Below, piece after piece: positions 13,082 through 26,716 of a stretch of 64,000 nt of DNA. How positions within the stretch are numbered: position 1 is the first letter of the stretch; each line of letters begins with the position of its first letter. The notes beneath the pieces are model-generated. The model worked only from the letters and a program-made list of their open reading frames with translations, ran no database searches and was not told where the DNA came from. The position numbers and the translations under genes are program-made. The DNA is from Balanoglossus misakiensis (Eukaryota; Animalia; Hemichordata), in assembly GCA_040954595.2 (NCBI GenBank), contig CM082595.2:7120193-7184192 (forward strand), given 5' to 3'.

Positions 13082-13918
13082 TTTAGACTAGTACAAAGTC
13101 AGTTTATGAATTGGTAGGCCTGTATTGGAATAACTAAGGTCGTGTAATTCATCTTATGCGGAATGAGTGGCATAGGAACATTGAAATTTATAATGCTACC
13201 CTTCCCATGCTTTCAACGACCGAGTTTTACCAGTACAAAGTAGCAAAACTCAACACGAAGTTGTAAAAGGCAACACATCACAGATAGCTATGGACCCACA
13301 GGTTGTACTCGTATAAAGGAGCTGAAGTGAACATTCTTGGCGGATATCCCTTTTTATGTTGAAATTATTTGGACACGAATGTTTATTGGCGTAACATAAA
13401 ATATATGTGATCGCAGAAAACTCTCCTAAAATAGACACAGACAGCGCAAAACTGGCCACGTAGTCTTTGCCAAGTTGGCAGAAGCATGTTGGTACTAAGT
13501 ACTTTCAAAGGTCATTGCGCAAGCGCATTAGCTCATCAAATATGGAGGACAACTGGAGTCAGTTTCCGGTAAGTCTGGTAAAATATGGCATTTTTGGAGC
13601 AAAAATGACGTTTCTGTTCTTGATATGACTACAGTGGCAAGTCAAACAGTTTGGGAACCTCCCTGTCAAATTTTCAGTTTATTCATTATTCTAAAGAGGA
13701 ATTAGCTCAGCCATCATCAGCGCCGATACGTACACAGACTGTAAACAGTAGATATGTACACAAGTAATGAATGAAAACACGGAGCTGGGTCAGTGGCCCG
13801 TTCTCCGTACTGTCCCAATGACTGAACGGACAAATTAATGTTTCATTCCTTCTGGAGGGTTGCGTTATTTAGCTGATACCCGCAGTTGAATTGTGGGTTT
13901 ACTAGCGAGTCATCAAGT

Positions 13919-16900
13919 ATGGTGTCGTGGTTGAAGTCTCTAAACTTACATGGGTTTGGTGGAAGTGCTGAGGTTTTTGTGCGAGATAGGAACGATAGGG
14001 TGTCAATCTTTCTCGTCGTCCACCTTCATACTGTATACGCACGACAGTACTGTTATGTTGAAAATTACTGAATAATCAGAAACATCCACTTGCGTGTTTA
14101 ACTTGAGATAGAACGGTTATTTTACAAGTACTTTTTTAAAATAAACGTATAGGAAATATCTATACATGCATATTGTGACACTGACCCCGAAAGCTTTCGA
14201 CGAGATTTTGGGCAAATATTATGTGGTAGGTATATTTGTTAGGTAGGGGGAGGGGCTATTTTGATTTGACACTCTAAGCTAGGTGTACATTTGTAAACAA
14301 GTCAACAGGTACACTTGACCTTGAAGGGCTACCATGGTATTGATATGGGAATATTAAATAACTGGACATGCATATAATCTGCTCCACAAACAAACCCAGC
14401 TATGTCAACACTGCCCCACCCACCGTTAGTAAACACAACTTATGAGTTTCGTAAGGAAGCCTCTCTAGACAAGATAAGTGCATACGATAAGTTGTCTGGT
14501 TTGGGGAAAAAAATCAACTGAACTTGCTTTGGGGGTACACGCCCATCTGCTGCTTTTGCATATCAATATATCAAGTCATAAAGGGTGGTTTAACCCTGTT
14601 TCATCCCCAGGTCCCTCTTCAGAGGTCCAGCCTTACCATATTGGTTTGGACTGAACCATGGTGGGGAAAGGGTTAAGACTCTAGAGACTTGGACTTGGAG
14701 GGTAACAAAACTCAACTTAAAGACCTAAAGAGTGATTTCACGCGCTATTGGTTTGGGTTTGTTGGCTAGTGCAAAAAATGGAAACCTTCACAGATGAATT
14801 TTGAAGCATTTGCAGAAAGCCTCATGGCCTGTCTGTAGCTGCAGAAAATAACCTTTCGTCACTTAATTTAGAGCTAGAATAGTGACAGGTACATCAAAAA
14901 GCAGACGTAGTATACCAGTCTTTCCCAGTTCTTGCAATGCACCCCTGAATATTTTCTCGATGCAAGTACATGTACAGTAAAACCTGTCTATACTGAACCC
15001 TGTCTATTCATGAAACCTGTCTACACCGAACACATATTCCTGTCCCTTTGACATAGAACCACATGTTAAAGGAATCTCTGTAAACTGGACACCTCAACCG
15101 AACAGTTTATTCAGTCTCTTTGGTGTTCGGTTGAGACAGGTTTTACTGTATATAATGAGTTTCAAAATTCTCTTGATCATGCTCTTTTTTAATCTACTCC
15201 CCTAGATTGGCTCCAGAGATCGGAGAGATGCCGTGATCCACACAGATACCAACTCAGTGATACACAACTGTTCACAATCAATTCAAACCTACTTTAATGT
15301 GTGTGTGGAAACACCAGTGCAATATGCCGGGTTTTACATAGGAATAGCGTCCATTTTCACGTGGCTCATAGCACATGTAATGTGAGTATGTACATGTACT
15401 GTAAAACACTTTATTCTTGCGAGTTGAAATTTACGCGATATTGAGAGCGGCCACTGTTTCGTGAGTATTAATTTTCGCGTTCTCTTATTTAATTCACTGT
15501 ATCGTTATCTTCAAAAAAAATTACGCGATTTTTTATTTTCACGCTATTTTGGCTCTCGCGTATTTCGCGTAAATTTATTGCTCGCGAAAATAAAGTGTTT
15601 TACAGTATATCGTCTGTCTTTATTGACAGTTCTAGTTTAATTGCTGTCCCCATTTTGGGTTAGGAGATGAGCCAGGCTGTGGTGAAGAGCGCCCTCTAAT
15701 GCTAAATCTAGTATTTACCTTTTTCATTGAGAATTGCTGAAAGTAGACAGTAACTAAAGTGGTGAAATATTTCTTGTATGGTTATTAGCCCTGTAGTTCA
15801 GTGACAATGCCAATCACCATTGTTAGGGGACAAAGTCTCTCTCTCTCGCTGCCCTTATTCCATTAATATTGTTCAATACAAGACACCATGTTAATGTACA
15901 TGTGTAGATGCAGTGAATGAACGTTCAACCACACACACCTTCCATTCTGCTTGTAGACATTGGAGTGAAAAAAATCGCCAAAATGAATAATTGATCTTTA
16001 CCAATTATTCATTTTGGGCGAGTTTTTCCTCTCATTATAATACAAGGATGGAAGTTGTGTGTTGTCGAAAGTTCATTCACTATATCCACTTGTAGAATAA
16101 CATAAACGGTGTCCTGTATCAAACATAATTAATGGAAAGGGACAACTAGAGAGAGACTTTGTCCCTTTAATGCTCAGAAAAATCATACATGTTAGTACTT
16201 GTATTGTATTGCTATATACAGAAGTCAGGGATAGAGTGCAAGTGTGTTCCAGATAGCGTCATAGCTAACTTTTAACCAAGCCTCAACATGACACACATAA
16301 TCACCCAAACTCATGTTCCCATATTGGTGATTTTCCATTTTGTCTTGCAGATTATTTTATACTCGACAGAGTGATACCAACACAAGTGCAAAATCCTTCC
16401 TTTATCTTGTACATATAACTGTAGCAGACGCATGTAATTTAGTTGGTGCTATTTATACAAGACAGTTGACATTACAGGTAAGGACAGGGCAGGTTCTATC
16501 ATTAGAATGTTACAGGTGCCAATGGGAATGCTTTCTCCACTTTAACCCTAATGCTACTGGGTGTCAAACCTGTATAGAGTGTCAAGTCTCTAAAATACGT
16601 ATTTGCCACTTTTTCTTCTAAAACGTATTTTGACTGTCTTGGCATGGCTCTCATACGTACTTAGACACACTTGGCAGTCTGAGCCCTCTGTAAAATGTAC
16701 CAAATCGCACTGGTTTGCACTGTATTGGTCTGAGGGTCTTATATAGGCCTTACTGATTAACACGCACTTGGCAGTCTAACAGGCCTGCGAGCCAGGATTC
16801 TAGGCACCCTGGAAATCAAACCAGTTTCAACAGACTTGGCAGCATTAGGGTTAAAGATTGTTTATAAGGACAGTGCTGGTAACTGGTACGAATGTATGTT

Positions 16901-18600
16901 TTTCGAAGACTTTATACTGTGCATATCTGGCAGTTAATCTGTACTCAAGGTTGATTCACTATCATCCCATCATTGGCTTTGACATACAGACAATGGTGTG
17001 CAAAGTAATAATATAAAGGAAGTTTGCTCTTTGAAGTGATGTAATAAACTGCATGCATGTTCATTTCTTTCTTAATTTTCCTTCTACAGATTTTTACAGC
17101 TGGTTATTTTATATTTACGGATGCAGTTTACTTTCTTCAGTACTGCTGCATTGTATCCGGATGCTGCAATCGTTACTTCAGGACGTGTAAAGAATCATGT
17201 GGTAGGCATACTTTTAAAGGGAAAAAGTCTCTCTCTCTCGCTGTCCTTGCTCCATCAATTATGTTTGATACAAGACACTGTTTATGTTATTCCACATGTG
17301 GATGTATAGTGAATCAACGTGCGACCACACACAACTTCCATCCAACTTGTAGACACAATAATGAAAAACTCACCAAATTTAATAATCAGTGTTTACCATT
17401 TATTCATTTTGGTGGGATTTTTACTCTCATATCATACAAGTGGGATGGAAGTTGTGTGTGATTGAGCATTCATTCACTATACACCCACATGTAGAATAAC
17501 ATAAACGGTGTCTTGTATCAAACATAATTAATTGAAAAAGGGCAGCGAGAGACAGACTTTGTCCCTTTTTAATACACCGACCTTTACTGAAAAAGGGGGG
17601 AAAAACAATAGCTATAGAGTACAACACTGCAATATAAATACCAAAACATCTAAGCGATATTTACCTCTCACGTTATTCTTATCCAAATTTCTACCAACTG
17701 ACAATTCAACATGTTACAGTAATCGGAAAAACATTTCTACTGTCTTCCTTGCTAACTCACTCCCTGTATGTTTCTGCTCGTCTGTGTGTCTGCTGACATG
17801 CTTTTTATACCTCTCCTGTACGTGTGTTGGTTTTCATCTATCTCCTCCTTTGGTGTGTGTGTATGTGTGTTTGTTAACCTGCCTGCTTGTCTGTCTGCCT
17901 ATCTTAATTACTGTAAAACATTTAATTTTGATTTTCGCGTTCTCTTATTTCATTCACTGCATCTTTATCTGCAAAAAAAATTACGCGACTTTTTATTTTC
18001 ACACTTTTTTGGCTCCCGCGTATTTCGCGAAAATCTATTGCTCGCGAAAATAAAGCGTTTTACAGTACTTACTTTCTATGCTTCTCTATGTGTCTGTCAT
18101 TTTCCTTCTATCCCCTATCTATCTCCTTGTTTGTATTAATGTGTGTCTTTCCCACCCCTCCACTGATTCCAACCCCCCATAGCAACAAGCCTTTGGAAGA
18201 GGCGTCGGCGGCAACAGAGCGAACAAGTTTTCTGTTTCATCATCCCATGGGTTGTGTCCGGGCTGTACTTCAGCAGCATCGTCTTCCAAGACTACAGCGC
18301 GTACTACGACCTGCAGAGCGGCCGAACAGGGCGGGTTCTTCTGTCGGTAGCAGAGGCAAGTATTGTTTGAACCTCTACGCAAGCATCGAATGTATTTTGC
18401 CTTTTCTGCTACACGCACTAGGCGCACACACTACACAAACATACATACATGTACATACATACACACACAGACACACAGACACATAGATACATAGATACAT
18501 AGATACATACATACATACATACATACATACATACATACATACATCCATACATACATACATACACACATACATACATACACACATACATACACACATACAT

Positions 18601-18633
<33 letters not shown>

Positions 18634-21600
18634 TACATACATACATACATACATACATACATACATACATACATACATACATACATACATACATACATAC
18701 ATACATACATACAAATTTGTCTCACCACAGAACAAACATATTTTGGGGCTCCAGAAAATTACATTTCTTAACGTCAATTGACATTAAGGTGCCGTGCATT
18801 GTCAAGGTTAAGTGGACAGTCAGATGCAGGTGCTTGTGTCTGATTTCATGTGCATTACATTGGTTTCAAATTTCTCTGAGTACAATCGCGATTGTGTCAT
18901 CTCCACCTGCACTTTTTTCCACAGGCAGTGATCATACTGCTTTTAGCTAAATACTTAGTGTACAGTCAAAAATGGGTGGGAGTTAGTCTATTTGAAAGAA
19001 AATAGGAGAAAGAAAAAACCTGAAATACTGAATGACACTCCTCCCCTGTAAACATGATCTCAGATACTGTTATAACTCGGGCCAGCTGGGCCTTCTCATC
19101 CAGTGTACAGAACATCAGACTCAACAAAAAGTACAATGTTATTCTTTTTTCCTAAAGTGACTCTAACAAATCCACTGTTGTTTGGTCCAAATTCATTGTC
19201 TTCTATGACAAAGTCAGACCCCACAACAGAGGAAAGCAGGGGTGAATATTTCAAGGTTTATGATACAGACTAGCCTAGTATCTAGACATATTTTTGTCCG
19301 CTTTGCTTCCAAAACTAACGTCTAGCCTCACTCATGCCACTGGCCCAATAAAACCCCATACCCCTTGCTGGGAATTGTGATGTAGCTAGCGTCCCTCTGA
19401 AGTCAATCAGAGACTTTGTTTTTCCAATGATTGGACAAAGGATATACATATGTGTAATTAAGGATGGGTAACAAATTCAAATTAGCCCTGCCTTTACTAT
19501 AACCTTACATCCAATCACCATTGTTCAGTTTATGTGAGTGACTTCAAGGGGAGGCCAGTTACATCACAATTCCCAGCAAGGGGTATGGGGTTTTATTAGG
19601 CCAGTGACTTGAGTAAGGCTAGGCGTAGTTTTGGAAGCAAAGCAGACAAAATACGGATAGATGTTAGGCAAGGCATGAACCTCTCCAATGCACTTGTTCA
19701 ACAACCGTAGGTGAACTCTCTGTGTACTGTGTTGAGGATATCTGGGACAGAGTTCCCCTTTCTCCCATGCAGTGGGCAAAATTTGTTTTTCCAGAGTATG
19801 ACTCAGTGTTTATCAAGCAGCCATCTACATGTAAATTGAAATTATTGCAAAGAACTTGGAAAACATTTCCTGATGTCCAGGAAATGGAATTTTATCTCAG
19901 ATGGCAATATCTCCCACATCTGACTAAATTGTCAGAGTTGCTCGAAGTTACTCTGACAACAAAGGAAATTCAACGGCAGACTCATTACTATTTGAAATTG
20001 AGACCGATTTTCTCTTTTCTTGACTACAGGGCGAAAACACGAAAATAGGTTACGCACTCGGATCGACTGCTGCTGTATTTTACTGGTTGTCAAGGATACC
20101 CACCGTTTGTGAAATTGTGAGTAATTCCAATGGTGACGTTTATTCACAGTACCTTAACCTACTGTGGGGGTCATTCTCCTGGCAAATTTGCCTGTTTTGG
20201 GAAGTCTTTGTACATTATGTATGATATACTGAGTAGAAGCAAGCTGGTTTGAGTTTTGCACATCCCATGCTGGGTTTGAAAGTCATGTCTTCGCCAATTA
20301 CAGTCGTTGCAGGGTGTATACTCACTTAATAACCATCCTACATGTTTATGAAGATGATTCTGATATTTCTTTTCATCGTTTCGTCTTCCAGTACGCGGTT
20401 ACCACAACTCCAAGCTGGAAAAGGATATTTTTTCACCTGCTGTGCATGCTGGCTGGTGTGATGTACAGCATCGCCGTGGTTACCCACAGTGTGGCGCTGG
20501 ATCTTGTGCTGAACGCATTGCCATGGTTACTGGGCATGTAAGTTGAACTGTTTTTTTTTTAATTTCCCACTCAGGGCTTCCGTGCCTTCTGCCTGAATCT
20601 TGCATTGGGAATTTTGAGAAGTCTTATCAACTTAGCAACTATTTCTGGTGTGTGTCTGTACGTGTAGAACTGACTCAATTTATTTCCTCTTGCAGGCTTG
20701 GTCTGGCAGGACTTGATCTTGGTGTATCCTTTGTTGCTGAAGATTTCAGCATGTCCGTTTTCAATCTCAACATTTCTCACAAATTTCAGGCCAACTTAAA
20801 AAAAATAAATAAAAGTCTGATGTTCGATCCTTTTCTGATGTTCTGTTTGATGGGGACTGGGATAGACAGGGTTTGATTTAGACATGTTTCAATGTCTTAT
20901 TTTTAGGGTGACTGGAACATGTGCTAATACAAAGCCAGGCCTCGTTTCCCATTACTCCTGGGTCAAGGAGGAGTATTAGAAGTAAAGTGCCTCCTTACTT
21001 ACGGACACAACACTACGGCCCTGCTAGGGATTGAACCCAGGATCCTTTGATTGTGAAGATTAAAGGGACAAAGTCTCTCTCTCTCACTCGACTTTTACCA
21101 TTTATTATGTTCGATACAAGACAACACTTATCTTAATGTACATGTGTATATGTAATGAATCAACGTTCAACCACACACAACTTCCATCCCGTTTGTAGGA
21201 TATGAGAATAAAAATCTTGCCAAAATGAATAAATGGTAAACACCGATTATTCATTTTGGTGATTTTTTCACTCTCATGTCTACAAGCAGGATGGAAGTTG
21301 TGTGTGGTCAAACGTTGATTCACTATATATCCACATGTAGTATAACATAAACAGTGTCTTGTATTAAACATAATTAATGGAAAAAGGGCAGCGAGAGAGA
21401 TACTTTGTCCCTTTAATTGCTCTAACCCCTGGGCCATGATGCCTCCTCATTATTGATGTTTCATAGACCACTTCGCGTATGGGGCATCTGCAATGCATGA
21501 TGGTATAATTTGCGTTCAACATAGCGTCTAGTACATGGGTAACGCACGCGCTCAGAACGCAAACTGCCCCACAACCCCCTGCATTATTCTATCCGCAAAG

Positions 21601-24546
21601 TGGTCCATTCTATGTTGCATGGCAAAAGCACTGCAAATGTTCATCCACTCCTTGACGCTCTACGCCAACTCAGATCAGCATTCAAATGATCATCAACAGG
21701 AGAACGGATGCCAAGGACACAGTCAGCAACGTCATGTCGCTTCTGCGCGAAGACGAGGACACGGAAAGCGGCGCCGGAATCGAGGAAGTGAATGCTGAGT
21801 GGATTGCCGCCAAGCCCATGAACAGCAAGTACCTGAAGAAGGCCGGCAAGTCTGGCAAACACTTTGAACTGGAGGAATTGCAAACGTTGAAGAAGAAAAC
21901 CAGAGATAAGAAGGTACAGGAGACAGCATTATGACTTCTGACATGGCAGCAGAGAAATACAGTTTGGACTTAAAGGGACAAAGTCTCTCTCTCCCTGCCT
22001 TTTTTCCATTAATTATATTTGATTCAAGACACTGTTTGTGTTATTCTGCATGTGGATATATAGTGAATCAACGTTTGACTACACACAACTTCCATCCCGA
22101 TTTTAGGATATGATAGTAAAAATCTCGCCAAAATGAATAAATGGTAGAGACCGATTATTCGTTTTGGCGAGTTTTACACTCTTGTGTTTACAAGTGGGAT
22201 GGAAGTTGTGCGTGGTCGAACATTGATACACTATATATCCACATGCAGAATAACACAAAAGGTGTCTTGTATCATTAATGGAAAAACGGCAGCGAGAGAG
22301 AGTCTTTGTCCCTTTAAAAGCCCAAACAGTTGCCATTTTTTGCATTTGATGTTTCTGTCAAACTTAAGTGATCCATTTGAATGAGCTTAGTGATGGGTAT
22401 AGACAAACATATAACATCTGACTGTTGCTGTACATGTAAATATTAATATGTTAAATAATAAATGGGTGTCACACCAGTTTATTCAGCCGCCCATTGCAGC
22501 GGTACACAAGTAAATGTATTGCGGTATGCACACATGGGTATCAGAATCTCCACAAATTAAAAAGACTGTTGTCTGCTAACTTGGGATAAGGAGAAGTATT
22601 TTATCGATTAAAAATATGCTACAAGTGGCAGCTATTGGGGCTTTAACTGTTTTTCTCCCCCTTTCCACAGACTGGCTTACTGGTAGACGTCAGCCACGAA
22701 GACGGTTACTTGGCAGAGAGAGAAGACTCAGAAGACGACGAGACGGTTCTTCTGCGAGCTGATCTGGAAGCGTCCAACGATTCAACCAGGGTAACGGTTA
22801 CAGATTATCTGTCTCACACTGATTCCTCTGATAATGCATGCGAGGCTCTCGATCTGGAGGTTCGTATTGGCGTGTAGACTTTTAAGTGAGAGAAAAGACA
22901 CTCCATCCTTCAGTCATCGCTGAGCGCCAGTGCACACTACAATGCCTACATTGCCTGTATAGTGTAGCGAGCTATGTAAGTTTTACATGTACTTGAGCTC
23001 AAACGTCTAGGCTCTAGAATTGATCATCGTGCATCATGACCACATACACTTGCCTGTCCCCCTCCAAAAAGCTAGTTCACTGCCGTCTATAGTGCTGTTC
23101 AAGTACTGCTTAAATCGAATGTTCATCAATGTGGGGATAATATATTCATTGAAAATTTACCTTTGACTTTTTATACACCAATGTATTACTGGTTGGCATT
23201 TCTCTGTCTGCGTTTGGTTAAATGGTCAAGTGATAGTTTGATTCTGGTATAGTTCTTCGAGATGATGCAATGTCTATATATTAGATAGTGGGTTTGAAAT
23301 CTATATAGGTCTAGTGATAGTTTGGTTTGGGTCTAGTTCTTTGAGATAATGCACTGTCTATACTGTATACATTGGGTTTGAAGTCTACAGGTCTAGATAT
23401 AGTTTAGTTTCGGTGTAATGCATAGTGAAATCACTGTCAGTCTGTAGTGTAGACGGCTAGTGGCTTGAAGTCTACATAGGTCTGGGCATGGTTTGGTTTT
23501 TGGCATTTTCGACGTTAATGCAATGTATGTCGTACATGTAATGTGGTGAGTTGGTTTGACTTCTGCAAAAATCTAGGGATGGTTTCTTTGAATGAATGGG
23601 TAGAGATCCAATTGGCTCGTTCTTTTTAAAATGTGACACTTTGTTTTTGGTCATTCCGCTCACAAATATCACATCAGGACATGAGCAAGCCCGGCAAGTT
23701 ATCAGAAGAGGAAACGTTACATGTTGAGGGTCACAACCACACTATGTCTTTGTTGCTTTGATGTAAATATTTCATTTTCTTGTTCTATTGTCAATTCGGC
23801 CTGTGTAGTATGCTAGTTTATTAGGCAAATCATCACAGCACATCAGAATTACTGTAGCATACAACAGCTTCAAAATCCATAAACTTTGACTGCATTGTTG
23901 GTGGATCAACACTGAAGGGTCAATTTTATCATGCATATTGCAGGTTTTATTTTTACTTCAGACATATAACATTCAGATTTTACAGGTCTGATGTTTACAG
24001 TTAAACAGTGTGTGTTTGTGTTCATGCGTGCATGTGAATGTATGTATGTCTTTCTGTTTTTATGTATGTATGTATGTATGTATGTATGTATGTATGTATG
24101 TATGTATGTATGTATGTATGTATGTATGTATATATAAATGCATGCATGTATGTATGTATGTATGTATGTATGTATGTATGTATGTATGTATGTATGTATG
24201 TATGTATGTATGTATGTATGTATGTATGTATGTATGTATGTATGTATGTATGTATGAATGAATGTGTGTATGTGTGTATGTATGTATGTATGTATGTTTG
24301 TATAAGTTTGCCTTGTATGTGAATAATGTAATAAAATTTGTTTTTGGCTGTCTTTCTGTGATTCAGTGGGATGATTTCCAAAGTGCCCCTGCAACCCTAA
24401 GTGTAGAGTCTACAACTCACGACACCAAGAAGTGGAGTAGCGATGATTTGCAGATCCCAGACCTGGGCAGCAGCACCACTGAGGCGGAGAAGAAATCATA
24501 CGACGACGAATGGAGGTCGAAACCAGAAGCTGATTGGGATTTCTGA
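13919..24546 (+). CDS. TMEM44: Transmembrane protein 44 (PQ-loop-related), about 503 aa
   Basis: Exons 13919-13972 (start exon tentative, weak donor), 15206-15381, 16351-16477, 17090-17201, 18183-18355, 20030-20116, 20392-20537, 20696-20723, 21674-21913, 22671-22859, 24367-24546; 1512 nt, phase-consistent. Segments resemble vertebrate TMEM44 as I recall it: WLIAH, GAIYTRQLTLQIFTAGY, KRRRRQ, IGYALGSTAA..WLSRIP, LAGVMYSIAVVTH..LNALPWL, LDL, DLE|WD. A likely upstream non-coding exon ends at the donor at 13569. Confidence 0.85.
14973..15150. mobile_element. Tc1/mariner/pogo-type MITE
   Basis: TA|CAGTAAAACCTGTCT...AGACAGGTTTTACTG|TA termini with a TA duplication. A related element lies at 61971-62142. 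Confidence 0.75.
15397..15607. mobile_element. TACTGTAAAAC...GTTTTACAGTA MITE with internal CGCG motifs
   Basis: Terminal inverted repeats; relatives at about 809-988 and 17909-18067. Confidence 0.75.
15823..16170. mobile_element. MITE family A copy
   Basis: GGGACAAAGTCTCTCTCTCGCTGCCC...GAGAGAGACTTTGTCCCT|TTAA. Confidence 0.85.
16542..16854. mobile_element. piggyBac-like MITE
   Basis: TTAA|CCCTAATGCT...AGCATTAGGG|TTAA termini. A smaller TTAA|CCCT...AGGG|TTAA element lies at about 14591-14676. Confidence 0.7.
17214..17572. mobile_element. MITE family A copy
   Basis: Full palindrome inserted 12 nt downstream of a TMEM44 donor site. Confidence 0.85.
18440..18712. repeat. (TACA)n microsatellite
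   Basis: Tetranucleotide repeat with CA interruptions. Confidence 0.95.
19290..19653. mobile_element. MITE-like element with ~100-bp inverted arms
   Basis: TTTTGTCCGCTTTGCTTCCAAAACTA...GGGAATTGTGATGTA is mirrored at 19560-19653. Confidence 0.7.
20724..21673 (+). other. U12-type (minor spliceosome) GT-AG intron of TMEM44
   Basis: Donor GTATCCTTT at 20724. Branch site TCCTTGAC at 21649-21656, with the branch A 18 nt before the 3' end of the intron (CAG 21671-21673). No strong polypyrimidine tract; reading frame preserved. Confidence 0.9.
20940..21447 (-). mobile_element. tRNA-derived SINE interrupted by a family A MITE (21060-21416)
   Basis: Minus strand reads GGAGGCATCATGGCCCAGGGGTTAGAGCA (A box), then the MITE at TTAA, then GGGTTCAATCCC (B box), followed by a GTTGTGTCC...GGCACTTTAC body typical of SINE2 elements. 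Confidence 0.7.
21970..22317. mobile_element. MITE family A copy
   Basis: TTAA|AGGGACAAAG...CTTTGTCCCT|TTAA. Confidence 0.85.
23225..23500. repeat. Degenerate ~83-bp minisatellite (about 3.5 units)
   Basis: GTGATAGTTTG...TAGTTCTT.GAGAT.ATGCA.TGTCTATA...TGGGTTTGAA.TCTA recurs near 23230, 23314, 23396 and 23480. Confidence 0.65.
24040..24298. repeat. (TATG)n microsatellite
   Basis: Tetranucleotide repeat. Confidence 0.95.
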
Positions 24547-26359
24547 AAGTCAAACCAAAGAAAGTAAACTAAGACAAAATAAGGCCACCGTAAACAGGAT
24601 ATGTGACTGTTGGATTAAGTTATTGCCAGTGTTTGCCAGAGTATTTATTTATTGTAGTTTATTAAAATATTAGTCTTCTAAGTGCCCTCAGCTGTAGAGT
24701 GTGAGCTTTTTCACTAGGCACGGTCCCTAGATCCACCACTGCATATGTACAGTTTTCCAAAACAACTTTCGTTATACGTTTTTAGCTCCCATTTGGTATA
24801 TGACTGCAGGAGCTTGTTGGGATCAGTTGGTGTCTATCTTCTGTCTGTCTGTATGTGTGTGTGTATGTATGTATGAATTTATGTGTGTGCCAATCTCATA
24901 TTGAAAATGTCATGCAATTTATTTATTTTCAAAAAATTATTTCTGAGGAGTTATTTTCTCTGCAGTTTAGTACAAAGTGCCCAATTAATGTAGTTACAAT
25001 ATGCCAACAACGTGGTTAAAACATCATTACTGTTTTCAGGGGAGAACATTTTGCCATTTAGCTCAGAAACAATATGCAGTGAATAGTTCAACATGTTTTC
25101 CATGTGCAAATGTTGTCCACTTCTCTCTTTAAATATCAAGATATTGCTACAAACCTTTGTTTCGCTCTCACTTTCTTCAATGAGTAATGAGTGTAACTTG
25201 TATTTAAAAGCAGCATGCTGGCATTCTGGTATTTCTTTGGCTTGTGTGTTTCAAGTCTTTGTAATTTGAAATCTGGTGAAATCGATTAAAGCCACCAATT
25301 ATGATATCAACTGACGAATAAGGTGTGTTTTTTTAGGTTTATGGAAGAAAAATGTGACCATACTCTCTGTGTACGCCACACTACTACACATTATGGGAAT
25401 ATATGTCGTGATTAAATAGTAAATTCAATAGTACTGATGTCCAGACAGTTCAAACTTCATGAATCGTCATTAATATGCAAGTTCGTGGGGGTGACTATAG
25501 TTAGAACAAATTTGGTATCGACCAACAATTTGATGATCAAAATTTTCATGTGTATCCTGTATCCGTGTAAAGGCTGCGAGATGAATTGTGACAACTTGAA
25601 GCCTGCACGAGGGATGGTGATCTCTGACCATAATATTGATGATGCCCGAGCCGCAGGCGTCTTGACGAATTCATTACACGAAACCAATGCAGTCCTCACA
25701 AATCCTACTTTTTCAGTCTTCAAAAATCCTACTCAGATGCATTTCGATCACAAGGCGAACAAAGACAGTCGGAAATTCAGTTGGGAAACGGGCGTTGAAA
25801 CGCGTTTCAGGTCAAAAAGCGCACCATGATACCGACACCGGCAAATGGCATCTGGAAACACGCCACCTAGCGGGAGATTTATGCAATCTCTCGAAGTAAC
25901 AGTGCCATTGTACGTGACAGGAAAAAATAAAATATCGGTGCCATATCTAAAAGAGGCCTTAGAACGACGGAGAAAATGACAAAACCTGAGCGAAATTCTG
26001 GAATGCACTTTGATTAATAACTGAATGAGTACGTATAGTACATGTACCTATATATAGCCTATTGCATCGATTTTTTTACATTTAGGCCCTAGGTTTTGAA
26101 GCTAAATTAATTGCATATTAATGAACAGAATCCTTTTCAAATACTATACTAAATATAGGATAGGGTTACTTGTCTAGTTAGGCCTACCATGGACTGCTTG
26201 CTCACTGAATGAAGAAAGACAAGACACAGATTGACGGTCCTAGGCAAGGAGCCTCATTTAATCATGATGCACTTGCTGATAAACAGACCAGTCTCATCAC
26301 TGCGTAAGTACATTGGTCCAGATTAAAGTTGTCTGGAGTGACAGTAGATGGTGCAAACG

Positions 26360-26716
26360 TTAAAGGGACAAAGTCTCTCTCTTGCAGGCCCTTTCCCCAT
26401 GAATTATGTTTGATACAAGACACCCTTCATGTTATGGTACATGTGGATATATAGAGAATCAACATTCAACCACACACAACTTCCATCCCGTTTGTAGGAT
26501 ATGAGAGTAAAAATCGCACCAAAATGAATAAATGGTAACCACCGATTATTCATTTTTGCGAGTTTTTTTTCACTCTCGTGTCTACAATTGGGATAGAAGT
26601 TGTGTGTGGTTGAACGTTGATTCACTATATATCCACATGTAGAATAACATAAACGGTATATTGTATCAAACATAATTAATGGAAAAAGGGCAGCGAGAGA
26701 GACTTTTCCCCTTTAA
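26360..26716. mobile_element. MITE family A copy; a half copy follows at about 27048-27156
   Basis: TTAA at both ends and a palindromic body. Confidence 0.85.

Noticed and set aside
21022-21447. tRNA-like A and B boxes
   Set aside because: No full cloverleaf, split by a MITE and followed by a SINE body; not a tRNA gene.
18375-24394. MYVC and YIHT repeat ORFs at 18.4 kb and 24.0 kb
   Set aside because: Translations of (TACA)/(TATG) microsatellites.
25437-25829. 130-aa ORF
   Set aside because: No recognisable domain and no splice context linking it to a gene.
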